Positions 1-8,700 of a DNA stretch of 40,627 nt are shown here, piece by piece. Made by a program: the position numbers and the translations under genes. Every line of letters begins with the position of its first letter. The stretch's first letter is position 1. The stretch is from IMG/VR virus record IMGVR_UViG_3300020182_000008, positions 1 to 40,627 of that record; one strand, given 5' to 3'. Origin of the DNA: a virus. Under the pieces are notes generated by a model. The model was not told the DNA's origin and did no database searches. It saw only the letters and a list, made by a program, of their open reading frames with translations.

Positions 1-2
1 AA

Positions 3-443
3 AATTGCGATATTGCTTTAGGTATTCATGCTGGTGACCACGCGATTTACCCAGATTGTAGACAAGAATTTAGAGATGCAGATGATGCAGCTTTTAGAAA
101 CGGTAATTGGGATGCAGATCGTGTAGGATATTTTACACCATATTTAGAAACTGATAAACTAGGAATTTTAAAAGATGGACAAACATTGGTTAGTAAGCTC
201 GGAATTGATTTTAATGAAGTATACAGACGCACTAATACTTCTTATAAACCCTATCCTAGCGGCAATAGCGATTACAAATCCGCTTCATCAGTGGAACGTA
301 TTGAAGCTTTTATCGCGCTTGGTGTGGACGACCCTGTTCAGTATGAGGATGAAACTGGACCGGTTGAATATGCTATTGCAAAAGCACATGTAGAAAAATT
401 GCTGGTAGAATATTCATCAGCTGCTGTATTAGGTGATGCATAA
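3..443 (+). CDS. queC: 7-cyano-7-deazaguanine synthase QueC, 3' part (5'-truncated by window)
   Basis: Frame 3 is open from the window start and reads NCDIALGIHAGDHAIYPDCRQEF..., the QueC YPDCR motif. It continues into the 186..443 ORF. Confidence 0.92.
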   Translation, partial: NCDIALGIHAGDHAIYPDCRQEFRDADDAAFRNGNWDADRVGYFTPYLETDKLGILKDGQTLVSKLGIDFNEVYRRTNTSYKPYPSGNSDYKSASSVERIEAFIALGVDDPVQYEDETGPVEYAIAKAHVEKLLVEYSSAAVLGDA

Positions 444-451
444 GTAAAAAT

Positions 452-476
452 AGGGTCGTTAATAGCGACCCTTTTT
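452..476 (+). terminator. Rho-independent terminator after queC
   Basis: Perfect 7-bp stem AGGGTCG-ttaatag-CGACCCT followed by TTTT and preceded by an A-run. Confidence 0.8.
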
Positions 477-478
477 AC

Positions 479-487
479 ATATTTATA
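479..487 (+). promoter_or_regulatory. ATATTTAT(A) motif, putative phage (late) promoter of the tail fibre gene
   Basis: The same motif occurs in the intergenic gaps at 8689, 18776 and 25925. Confidence 0.5.
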
Positions 488-507
488 GTATATAAACCTG
501 CTATAGA

Positions 508-2157
508 ATGGCCACATTAACTGGAAGAACAATAAGATCGACCTACGATCAACTCATACAATTAGAAGATCAATCATTTCAAGACGGTTTTGGAACTAGT
601 TCCTTAAGCGGTTCTTATGAATTAACTGGTTCTCAATTTATTAGTGGTACCCTTCACATAACAGGTAATTTAGAAGTTACAGGTACAGCTTCAATTGGTT
701 ATTTAGAAACCATTTATGAAACTGCCTCTGTAATTTATAGTTCAGGTTCAACAAAATTTGGAGACGATACTTCAGATACACACGAATTTACAGGAAGTGT
801 TACAATCAGTGGTTCAGCTTATAGTGAAAATTGGAGTGGATCCTTTAGTGGTTCGTTTTTTGGATTAATAGATTCAGCTTCTAATGCTGAAAGAGCAGTT
901 ACTGCCTCCCAAGCAGATTCTGCTACTACGGCGTCTCATGCTTTAGCTTCTTCAAACTTAAATATTACACCTGAAGAATCAAGTGCCGCAGGTCACTATA
1001 TATTATTTGCACAATCAAATACAGGTGAGGCACAAGTAAAAACAGACAGTGGTTTAACTTATGTACCACAAACTGATACTTTATCCGCTACTAAATTTAT
1101 AGGTCAATTAGAGGGTAGTGCTTCATATGCTGAAACAGCATCTTTACTTTTAGGTAGTGTAGAAAGTTCTTCTCATGCCGAAACTGCTTCTTTAGCTATA
1201 AACACTAATAATGTAACCGAAGTTTCAACTTCATTTGCTGAAAGTGGTGATGGGCCCTTTACAGGATCTTTTTCTTCTAGTTTATACTCTTTCTTTTCAG
1301 GATCACTAACAGGTTCTGTTTTAGGAGATGTTATAGGAAACCTAACAGGAACTGCTTCAATAGCAGATTTTGCTACTACTGCTTCACATGCCTTAACTAT
1401 AAAAGGAGGTTTAACAGCTTCTCATGCTGATAGAGCAACTAGTGCTTCAATAGCAGATGAATTATCTCAATTAGCAACATCAAGCTTTGCTGATATAGCA
1501 ACTTTATCACGTGGTGGTTCAGGTTCATTTAGTGGCTCATTCCAAGGGGATGGAAGTACTTTAACGGGTATTGATGGATATACTGTAGCAAATTCTTCTA
1601 ACAATAGAGTAATTACTTCTGTAGATTCAACAAATGGTAACGCCGAAGCTAATTTAACCTTTGATGGTTCTACTTTAACAGTAGTAGGTAATATCAATAC
1701 GGGTCAAGGTGCTACTGAGATTTATTTAATGAACCAAAACCTTCAAACAGGAAATAGTGTTCAATTTAATGGATTAGGAGTTGGTACTGCACCTTCAGGA
1801 GTAGCTGGAGCAATTTTAGCAACAAACGACGTTGTAGCATTTGCCTCTTCAGATGAACGTCTAAAAGAAAATTTAGAGCCTATTGGAAGTGCTATAGAAA
1901 AAGTAGGCCAATTAACAGGTTACACATTTGATTGGATACCAATGCCTGATATTCATGTTCACAATGGACGTGACGTAGGAATTATTGCTCAAGAAGTAGA
2001 AAAAGTATTACCTGAATTAGTATCAGATCGTGAAAATGGATATAAAGCAGTTAAATATGAAAAACTAACTGCACTACTTATTCAGGCTGTTAATGAACAA
2101 CAAAAACAAATTGAAGAATTAACAAAAAGAGTAGGTTGGTTAGAAAACCACGTATAA
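508..2157 (+). CDS. Tail fibre/virion protein with C-terminal intramolecular chaperone (peptidase S74) domain
   Basis: Ser/Thr/Gly/Ala-rich repeats (TASHA, SGSFSGSF), then SDERLKENL...GIIAQEVEKVLPELV...VKYEKLTALLIQAV and a coiled coil. Confidence 0.85.
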   Translation: MATLTGRTIRSTYDQLIQLEDQSFQDGFGTSSLSGSYELTGSQFISGTLHITGNLEVTGTASIGYLETIYETASVIYSSGSTKFGDDTSDTHEFTGSVTISGSAYSENWSGSFSGSFFGLIDSASNAERAVTASQADSATTASHALASSNLNITPEESSAAGHYILFAQSNTGEAQVKTDSGLTYVPQTDTLSATKFIGQLEGSASYAETASLLLGSVESSSHAETASLAINTNNVTEVSTSFAESGDGPFTGSFSSSLYSFFSGSLTGSVLGDVIGNLTGTASIADFATTASHALTIKGGLTASHADRATSASIADELSQLATSSFADIATLSRGGSGSFSGSFQGDGSTLTGIDGYTVANSSNNRVITSVDSTNGNAEANLTFDGSTLTVVGNINTGQGATEIYLMNQNLQTGNSVQFNGLGVGTAPSGVAGAILATNDVVAFASSDERLKENLEPIGSAIEKVGQLTGYTFDWIPMPDIHVHNGRDVGIIAQEVEKVLPELVSDRENGYKAVKYEKLTALLIQAVNEQQKQIEELTKRVGWLENHV

Positions 2158-2158
2158 A

Positions 2159-2190
2159 TTTGGTTACCTAAATTAGTTATATTATATTTA
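2159..2190 (+). promoter_or_regulatory. Bacteroidota-type sigma70 promoter upstream of queE
   Basis: TTTG (2159-2162), N20, TATATTTA (2183-2190). Resembles the TTTG...TAnnTTTG consensus. Confidence 0.6.
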
Positions 2191-2240
2191 GACCATTAAA
2201 AAGGTCGAGTGACAGTAAAACCACTTAAAAAAATTCACAT

Positions 2241-3014
2241 ATGTTAAAAAGAATAGAGGACTACTCTAAAGTCCTCCCAATAGTAGAAGTTTATACAGCC
2301 GTACAATCAGAAGGTTCTAGACAAGGATACCCCACAATCGTAGTTCGTACCTCAGGATGCACCCACCGATGTTATTTTGGTGAAGGTGGCTGGTGTGATT
2401 CCTGGTATACTTCAATTCACCCCGAAAAAGGTAAATATACATTTCAAGATATAATTGATATGTACGATAAGCATCCTCACATAAGTGAGATGATGCTTAC
2501 TGGTGGTTCACCCACGATGCACTCTGCACTTGTAAACGAATTAACACACCTTGCTAATGAAAGAGATATATTCATTACTATTGAGACTGAAGGAAGCCAT
2601 TTTCTTACTACTGATTATCCCATTGACCTTCTTAGTATTAGTCCTAAGTTTTCCAATAGTGTTCCTGTGGTTGGAATTGAAACACCTCAAGGAGCGATTA
2701 CAGACCAAAAAATGGTTGACCGACACAACAAATTTAGATTAAATAAAGATGCTATTAAAAAAAGTATTGATTATCACAATGACTACCATATTAAGCCTGT
2801 CCTTGACAAAGAGCTTTCAATGGTTGAAGAAGTTGAAGAATTCTTAAAAGATTTAAAAATCCCAGATCATAAAGTATGGGCTATGCCTGCGGGTGATGAT
2901 AGGGAATCTTTAAAAGAAAGTTATGGTCCTGTTATGAACTTTGTAAGGGACAGAGGATGGAGATTTACAGGTCGTGCTCACATTATGGCCTTTGATACTG
3001 AAAGAGAGGTATAA
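2241..3014 (+). CDS. queE: 7-carboxy-7-deazaguanine synthase QueE (radical SAM)
   Basis: EVYTAVQSEG, VRTSGCTHRC...WCDS, LTGGSP, IETEG, SISPK motifs; que gene context. Confidence 0.9.
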   Translation: MLKRIEDYSKVLPIVEVYTAVQSEGSRQGYPTIVVRTSGCTHRCYFGEGGWCDSWYTSIHPEKGKYTFQDIIDMYDKHPHISEMMLTGGSPTMHSALVNELTHLANERDIFITIETEGSHFLTTDYPIDLLSISPKFSNSVPVVGIETPQGAITDQKMVDRHNKFRLNKDAIKKSIDYHNDYHIKPVLDKELSMVEEVEEFLKDLKIPDHKVWAMPAGDDRESLKESYGPVMNFVRDRGWRFTGRAHIMAFDTEREV

Positions 3015-3028
3015 TATTAATTTTCTTA

Positions 3029-3643
3029 ATGGAAGTTCTAAAACCATTCCCACAAATTATTTTTAAAGAAAAAGTCCCTAGTGCTTTTTTTTATATTAAA
3101 GAATTCTTAAACTCTCAAAAAACATTTTTTCCTCAAAAAGGTAACTGGGAAAGATCAAAAAGTACTTACATTTTAAATAATCCTAAATGTAAAGATTTTA
3201 ATAAATATATTTTAGATCAAGTACTTGTTTTTTCAAAGAAATATATAGGATTATCTTATAATGAATATAAACTTTCTCAATCTTGGGTTAGTATTAAGCA
3301 CCCTGGTCAACACCATTCTCCCCACACCCACCCTAATAGTTTAATTTCAGGAGTGTTTTATTATGGGGATATTTCCAACTCAACCCCTGGAATTAGTTTC
3401 CAACAACCACCTTTACATAGTAATGGATACACATTAGATATATCTTATCTTCCAAACCGTCACCCTTCAGAAGAATTTATTACATATAATATTTCAGAAG
3501 GAGATATGTTTTTATTTCCTTCTTATTTACCACATGCCGTGTTAAATAACGATACTACCCATCCAAGAAAATGTTTAGCATTTAATATTGTTCCTAAAAA
3601 TGGGTTTGGGAGTAGAGAGCATTTAACAGAACTTAAACTTTAA
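3029..3643 (+). CDS. 2OG-Fe(II) oxygenase, TIGR02466-like
   Basis: HTHPNSLISGVFY...FPSYLPHAV...RKCLAFNI. Confidence 0.85.
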   Translation: MEVLKPFPQIIFKEKVPSAFFYIKEFLNSQKTFFPQKGNWERSKSTYILNNPKCKDFNKYILDQVLVFSKKYIGLSYNEYKLSQSWVSIKHPGQHHSPHTHPNSLISGVFYYGDISNSTPGISFQQPPLHSNGYTLDISYLPNRHPSEEFITYNISEGDMFLFPSYLPHAVLNNDTTHPRKCLAFNIVPKNGFGSREHLTELKL

Positions 3644-3645
3644 AA

Positions 3646-4155
3646 ATGAAATATATAGGAAATATAGGACCTAAAATTGATGTAAATCTTTTTTATTTAG
3701 ATTTAGATACTAAAAAAATATCTGAAGAAATAATTCAACAAAAACTTCCTAGAAAAGTTCAAGATCCATTATCAACTTACTTTGAAGATTATCCTTTTGA
3801 ACCTTTACCTAATAGTGAAACAGAAAAACTTTTTAAAACTATAAAAAATCAATTTAAAGAATATAATGTAGAAATGTGGGTTCATATGCATCACCCTTTA
3901 GAAAGTACTACAATTCATCATCATGGAATGGATGGCCTTTCTTTTGCTTTTTATGCTAAAGTTCCCCAAAATAGTGGAATATTTGTTGTAATGCCTGCAG
4001 GGAATGGGGGGCCTAGTATCCCTATTCCACCCATAGAAGGTAGTCTTATATTATTCCCTTCATGGGTACAACATATGGTAACAAAAAACTTATCAAAAGA
4101 ACTTCGAATATGCATTTCAGGTAATTTACATAAAAAACAAAATGATTTCAAGTAA
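3646..4155 (+). CDS. 2OG-Fe(II) oxygenase, TIGR02466-like
   Basis: HHH...LSFAFY...FPSWVQHMV...RICISGN. Confidence 0.8.
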   Translation: MKYIGNIGPKIDVNLFYLDLDTKKISEEIIQQKLPRKVQDPLSTYFEDYPFEPLPNSETEKLFKTIKNQFKEYNVEMWVHMHHPLESTTIHHHGMDGLSFAFYAKVPQNSGIFVVMPAGNGGPSIPIPPIEGSLILFPSWVQHMVTKNLSKELRICISGNLHKKQNDFK

Positions 4156-4339
4156 ACTCCCAGTACTCCACGATATGTGGATAAAAAATATTATAGAGCC
4201 TTCTCATGTGATTTCTTACTTAGACAAGTTGGATTATACATTAGGATTTATTACATTGGAAGGAATAAGCGTTATATCAAAAAACAAAAAGACACAATTT
4301 TCATGGAAAACAACCGAAAAAAACAACACACCGATTTAG
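4142..4339 (+). CDS. Small hypothetical protein (65 aa)
   Basis: Fills the gap between the oxygenase and the probable folE start, overlapping both. Confidence 0.5.
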   Translation: MISSKLPVLHDMWIKNIIEPSHVISYLDKLDYTLGFITLEGISVISKNKKTQFSWKTTEKNNTPI

Positions 4340-4998
4340 AAGTAGTACCTGTAGGATATGCAAATGGTATAGCTGAAGGCTTCCCATTCACAGACAAAGA
4401 AAAATCTAGAATGATAGATCGTGCTGCTAAAGCATATGGTAAATTCTTAGATGAATTAAAATGTGATTGGAGAAATGATCCTAATTCTGCTGATACACCC
4501 CGTCGTGTAGCCAAAGCATATGTAAATGACTTATGGGCTGGTAGATATACGGCGATGAGTGAAATTACATCATTCCCTAGTGATGGTTATGATGGTGTTG
4601 TTATAGAGCGTAATATACCGCTGACTTCCATGTGTTCCCACCACCACCAAACAATACAAGGTGTAGTACATATTGGATATGTAGTTGGAGATGAAGGTAG
4701 AGTAATTGGTTTATCAAAACTAAATCGTATTGTAGAATTATTTGGTAGACGAGGAGCAATTCAAGAACAACTAACCTCAGCAATTCATAATGCTGTAGAT
4801 AAAATTTGTGAAAATAATAAAGGTGTTATTGTAACAGTTGTAGGAACACATAATTGTGTATCTTGTAGAGGAGTAAAACATCAAGGTGCTTCAATGGTTA
4901 CAACTAAAGTATCAGGAGTATTTTTTGATAATAATAATGTAGCACGTAAAGAATTTTTTGATTCAATTAAAATCAATAATGGAAATCACCCAGTGTAA
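4303..4998 (+). CDS. folE: GTP cyclohydrolase I (probable start MENNRKK at 4303)
   Basis: DTPRRVAKAY, SMCSHH, GLSKLNRIV, IQEQLT, HNCVSCRGV motifs. Confidence 0.95.
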   Translation: MENNRKKQHTDLEVVPVGYANGIAEGFPFTDKEKSRMIDRAAKAYGKFLDELKCDWRNDPNSADTPRRVAKAYVNDLWAGRYTAMSEITSFPSDGYDGVVIERNIPLTSMCSHHHQTIQGVVHIGYVVGDEGRVIGLSKLNRIVELFGRRGAIQEQLTSAIHNAVDKICENNKGVIVTVVGTHNCVSCRGVKHQGASMVTTKVSGVFFDNNNVARKEFFDSIKINNGNHPV

Positions 4999-5663
4999 TG
5001 TTTGATATAACTAAATTAGCTTTAAAGTTGCCTAATTTTCTTACACATAATGAGTGTGATAGGTTGATTAATGAGTATGAAACAAGATCAAACGAATCTT
5101 ATTTAGAAAAAAGTTCTAATTATAAAACAAATCAAGTTACTACTTCTAGTTTTAAAGTAGTTGAATTAAAACCTTATACAGATAATTTTAATTTAATTAA
5201 ATCAAAAACAAAAAAAGCAGTAGATTTATATATAAAACATCTTTCTAAACCCGGTTTTTTTTATACAAACTTATTAAAAAATACATTAAGATTTTCTCAT
5301 AATTATAGAGTTATGAAATACGACGTAGGGGCTGAAATACATCCACATAGTGATCATGATTCCGGAATTTATGGGAGTATAAGTTTTAATTTAAGTGAAG
5401 GGTATAAAGGAGGAGAATTTAAATTTTTTAATGGAAATTATACTGTACCTTTAAATAAAGGAGATGCTTTAATTTTCCCTGCAGATTATTTTTGGGTTCA
5501 TGAAGTAACTCCTGTAACTGAAGGAATTAGATATAGTATTAATAGTTTTTTATGTAAACATCCTTATGATGTTATAACTAAATCTTTCTATTTAGAAAAT
5601 TTAATTAGTAATGATTACCTAAAAAATACCCCCTCAGAAGAACTTTTGGGGCCATATAATTAA
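4998..5663 (+). CDS. 2OG-Fe(II) oxygenase, prolyl-4-hydroxylase-like
   Basis: HSD...YKGGEF...FP...HEVTPVTEGIRYS. Confidence 0.85.
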   Translation: MFDITKLALKLPNFLTHNECDRLINEYETRSNESYLEKSSNYKTNQVTTSSFKVVELKPYTDNFNLIKSKTKKAVDLYIKHLSKPGFFYTNLLKNTLRFSHNYRVMKYDVGAEIHPHSDHDSGIYGSISFNLSEGYKGGEFKFFNGNYTVPLNKGDALIFPADYFWVHEVTPVTEGIRYSINSFLCKHPYDVITKSFYLENLISNDYLKNTPSEELLGPYN

Positions 5664-5666
5664 AAA

Positions 5667-6104
5667 ATGATAAAATTACACGATAAATTATATCTTAGTT
5701 GGGATGACATTAAAGATGTCGTTGAAAAACTAGCTGAACAAATTAATAATTTAGAAAAAAAACCTTTTTACATTTATGGGATACCTCGTGGCGGATTAAT
5801 CCCCGCCACTTGGTTATCACATAAAACAGGAATCAAATATCAACAAATAAATGCTACTCAAATTTCCCAAATGGCAGACTTATCTCATATTCTAATTATA
5901 GATGACATTTGTGATTCAGGTAAAACTGTAAAAGAAATAAGAGAAAATTATCCTAAAGTTAAAGTAGCTTGTTTATATTATAAAGAAAACGAAGTTGCTA
6001 AACCTGACATTTATGGGGAACTCGTTGGGGATGAATGGATTGTTTTTCCCTGGGAAGAGGAAGAAAAAATAGGAAATCGAGATAACACTTATGGAGAACT
6101 TTAA
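5667..6104 (+). CDS. Type I phosphoribosyltransferase (Gpt-like)
   Basis: GIPRGGLIPA, PRPP loop ILIIDDICDSGKT, WIVFPWE. Confidence 0.9.
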   Translation: MIKLHDKLYLSWDDIKDVVEKLAEQINNLEKKPFYIYGIPRGGLIPATWLSHKTGIKYQQINATQISQMADLSHILIIDDICDSGKTVKEIRENYPKVKVACLYYKENEVAKPDIYGELVGDEWIVFPWEEEEKIGNRDNTYGEL

Positions 6105-6480
6105 CCCAAAACAAAAATCAGAAGGATTTGGTGATACAATCGCTAAAATAACCCATGTTACCGGCTTAGATAAAGTAGCAGATAAAGTAGCTAAAATGGC
6201 AGGAAAAGAAGATTGTGGTTGTGGGAGAAGGAGAAAAACTTTAAATGAAATGTTTCCTTATACTAAAGAAAATGAACCTAAGGAAACCCCCCATATTAAT
6301 TCTGCTCCTTTAGATGAAATAGAAGGCGAGTATTTGGTTTTACAAGAAATTCATTGTACATTACCAGGTATAGGAGTAACAGTTTTAAGTAAAGAAACAG
6401 TTTTAATTATAGATAAACAACACCCTTTATATAACGATATTCCCCATTATTATAAAAACAATATAATTAAAAAAATATGA
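6091..6480 (+). CDS. Hypothetical phage protein with DCGC motif
   Basis: 129-aa ORF coupled to its neighbours; GFGDTIAKIT...DCGCGRRRKTLN. Confidence 0.7.
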   Translation: MENFNPKQKSEGFGDTIAKITHVTGLDKVADKVAKMAGKEDCGCGRRRKTLNEMFPYTKENEPKETPHINSAPLDEIEGEYLVLQEIHCTLPGIGVTVLSKETVLIIDKQHPLYNDIPHYYKNNIIKKI

Positions 6481-7046
6481 AAAGTTTTTCTCAAAATAAA
6501 GTTACACCCCGAGAAGTAGCAATTCTTTTATCTAAAAACAATATAGTATGTATTTTTCAAGGTCAATCCGAAGCGGGCCCTCGTGCATTAGGGAATAGAA
6601 GTATTTTATATAATCCTACTGATCCTAACGGTAAAGATTTTGTAAATAAAGTTAAAGGACGTGAATGGTTTAGGCCATTTGCAGGAACTGTTTTATTAGA
6701 AAAATCTTTTGAATGGTTTGATATGGCAGGGATGAAAGAATCCCCTTTTATGATGTGTGCCGTAAATGTAAGACCTGAAAAACAATCTTTAATTCCATCA
6801 ATAACTCATGTAGATGGTACTTGCAGAATTCAAACTTTAACTAAAAAACAAAATCCTAATTATTATAAATTAATTAAAGAGTTTGAAAAAATAACAGGTA
6901 TACCTATTTTATTTAATACTTCTTTTAATTTAGCAGGTCACACCCTTGTTGAAACTTTTGACCATGCTATGCAAACTATTTTGAATAGTAAAATGAAGTA
7001 TTTATATTTACCAGATTTAGAAGTTTTATTAACAAAAGAAAATTAA
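6477..7046 (+). CDS. Carbamoyltransferase (NodU/CmcH) C-terminal YrdC-like domain, stand-alone
   Basis: EAGPRALGNRSIL, KGREWFRPFA, HVDGTCRIQT, NTSFN. Confidence 0.92.
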   Translation: MKSFSQNKVTPREVAILLSKNNIVCIFQGQSEAGPRALGNRSILYNPTDPNGKDFVNKVKGREWFRPFAGTVLLEKSFEWFDMAGMKESPFMMCAVNVRPEKQSLIPSITHVDGTCRIQTLTKKQNPNYYKLIKEFEKITGIPILFNTSFNLAGHTLVETFDHAMQTILNSKMKYLYLPDLEVLLTKEN

Positions 7047-8686
7047 TGAAAGTATTAGGATTAAATTTTAGTCATAATGCTTCTGCTTGTTTAGTAGAAG
7101 ATGGAAAGGTTTTATGGTTTTTAGAAGCTGAAAGATTTAATGGGATTAAACATAGTTCTATGACACAAGATTTTCTTATGTATGCTAAAGATCTAACCCC
7201 TTCACTAGATAAAATAGTAGTAACTGGAATTACCCAAGATAGTAATTATTCTCATACTAGCAGTTGGACAGATAGCCTTAAAGATATAACAACAAAATTG
7301 AATGAACTATTCCCAAAAATTGAAGTTTTAGATTATTTTACCCCTCACCATCTAACTCATGCTCTTAATGCTTTTTATGATTCAGGGTTTGGAAGTGCTC
7401 TAGGAATAGTAATTGATGGAAATGGGAGTTTATCTTTTCATGAAGATAATCCTAAATATCCTATATTAGAAACAGAAAGTATATTTGATCTTCACCAAAA
7501 CATAAAACCTAGAACTATTTACAAATCTTATTATTCAGAAACGGATTATGAAAATCTAGATAGTAATATTAGTCCTAAATTAACTTTAGGTTTACTTTGG
7601 CAATCTATAAGTTACCATTTTGGATGGAATTGGACAGATGCTGGTAAAGTAATGGGATTAGCTTCTTATGGCAAACCAGATTCTACAATTCCTAATATTT
7701 TTATAAATGGGAGAGTTAACCCTAAAATAGCCTCAGTAAAGCCTGTAAAGAATATACTTGATGTAATAAATATACCTTTAAGTAAAGATCCTCAAAAATG
7801 GCATCATGACCCTTCTCAAATTACTGATTTAGAAAAAAACTTAGCTTATAAAATCCAAAAAGAAAGCCAAGAATTAGTAGGTGACTTAATAGAAAAACAC
7901 TTAAAATTAAATCCAAGAGATAAGGTCGTATGCTCTGGTGGTTATTTTTTAAACTGTGTTTCTAATTATTATTTAGTAAAAAGATTTCCTAAAATTAATT
8001 TTTATTTTGATCCCATGTCTAGTGATGCTGGAACTAGTTTAGGAGGGGCAAAACATGAAACTATAAAACAAAAACATTCTATATCTCCTAAAAAATTAAA
8101 AAATGTATATTTAGGGCCTTTACGCAAAGCTCCCCCTTTTATAAGTAAAAATCTAAGAAGAAAATATAACATAGGAGAACTCATAACTAAACCACTATTC
8201 CCAGATGTACCGTTTGTTAATGAAGTTGAGGAATTCAATGCTTTAATGAATAAACCTAATAATTATGAACCTACAATCCCAGAAAAGAAAGAATGGCAAT
8301 TCGTCTACGATTTTATCCTCGAAGAGCTCGAAGAATATAGAGAGGCTTGCGAACGGGGAGATATTGTGGAAGTTTTGGACGCTCTGTGCGATATTACTTA
8401 CGTTTCCTTGGGGAACGGTGTTATGTTACACGGCCTTAAGGATAAGATATGGCCAGCATATCTCGAGGTACAAGCCTCTAATATGTCAAAAGCTTGCACA
8501 TCTGAAGAAGAAGCCATGGAGACAGTCAGCAAACGAAGTAAGGAGCAAGGTGAGGCCTGTCATTTTGAAAAAATCGAGGAGGGACGGTTTATTGTCTATC
8601 GAACAAGAGATAAGAAGGTCATGAAATCTATTAATTACTTTAGACCTAATTTAAAACAATTTTTTAGTAAGGACGAGTTAAAGTAA
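7046..8686 (+). CDS. Carbamoyltransferase N-terminal (Kae1-like) domain fused to a MazG-like NTP pyrophosphohydrolase
   Basis: HNASA, ERFNGIKH, HHLTHA, IDGNG, GKVMGLASYG, GGYFLNC, DAGTSLG, YLGP. From ~8204: EELEEY...EVLDALCD...EVQASNMSK. Confidence 0.85.
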   Translation: MKVLGLNFSHNASACLVEDGKVLWFLEAERFNGIKHSSMTQDFLMYAKDLTPSLDKIVVTGITQDSNYSHTSSWTDSLKDITTKLNELFPKIEVLDYFTPHHLTHALNAFYDSGFGSALGIVIDGNGSLSFHEDNPKYPILETESIFDLHQNIKPRTIYKSYYSETDYENLDSNISPKLTLGLLWQSISYHFGWNWTDAGKVMGLASYGKPDSTIPNIFINGRVNPKIASVKPVKNILDVINIPLSKDPQKWHHDPSQITDLEKNLAYKIQKESQELVGDLIEKHLKLNPRDKVVCSGGYFLNCVSNYYLVKRFPKINFYFDPMSSDAGTSLGGAKHETIKQKHSISPKKLKNVYLGPLRKAPPFISKNLRRKYNIGELITKPLFPDVPFVNEVEEFNALMNKPNNYEPTIPEKKEWQFVYDFILEELEEYREACERGDIVEVLDALCDITYVSLGNGVMLHGLKDKIWPAYLEVQASNMSKACTSEEEAMETVSKRSKEQGEACHFEKIEEGRFIVYRTRDKKVMKSINYFRPNLKQFFSKDELK

Positions 8687-8700
8687 CAATATTTATTATT

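Noticed and set aside
508-1600. Possible CRISPR, tandem repeat or DGR target in the repetitive tail fibre DNA
   Set aside because: The repeats are degenerate, in-frame protein repeats. There is no spacer structure, no adenine-specific TR/VR pair and no reverse transcriptase.
4177-4302. N-terminal extension of folE given by the ORF track
   Set aside because: It does not resemble FolE and lies within the 4142..4339 ORF. The ATG at 4303 is the more plausible start.
8265-8624. 119-aa alternative-frame ORF inside the MazG domain
   Set aside because: No motifs. It is explained by locally higher GC and stop scarcity in a shifted frame.
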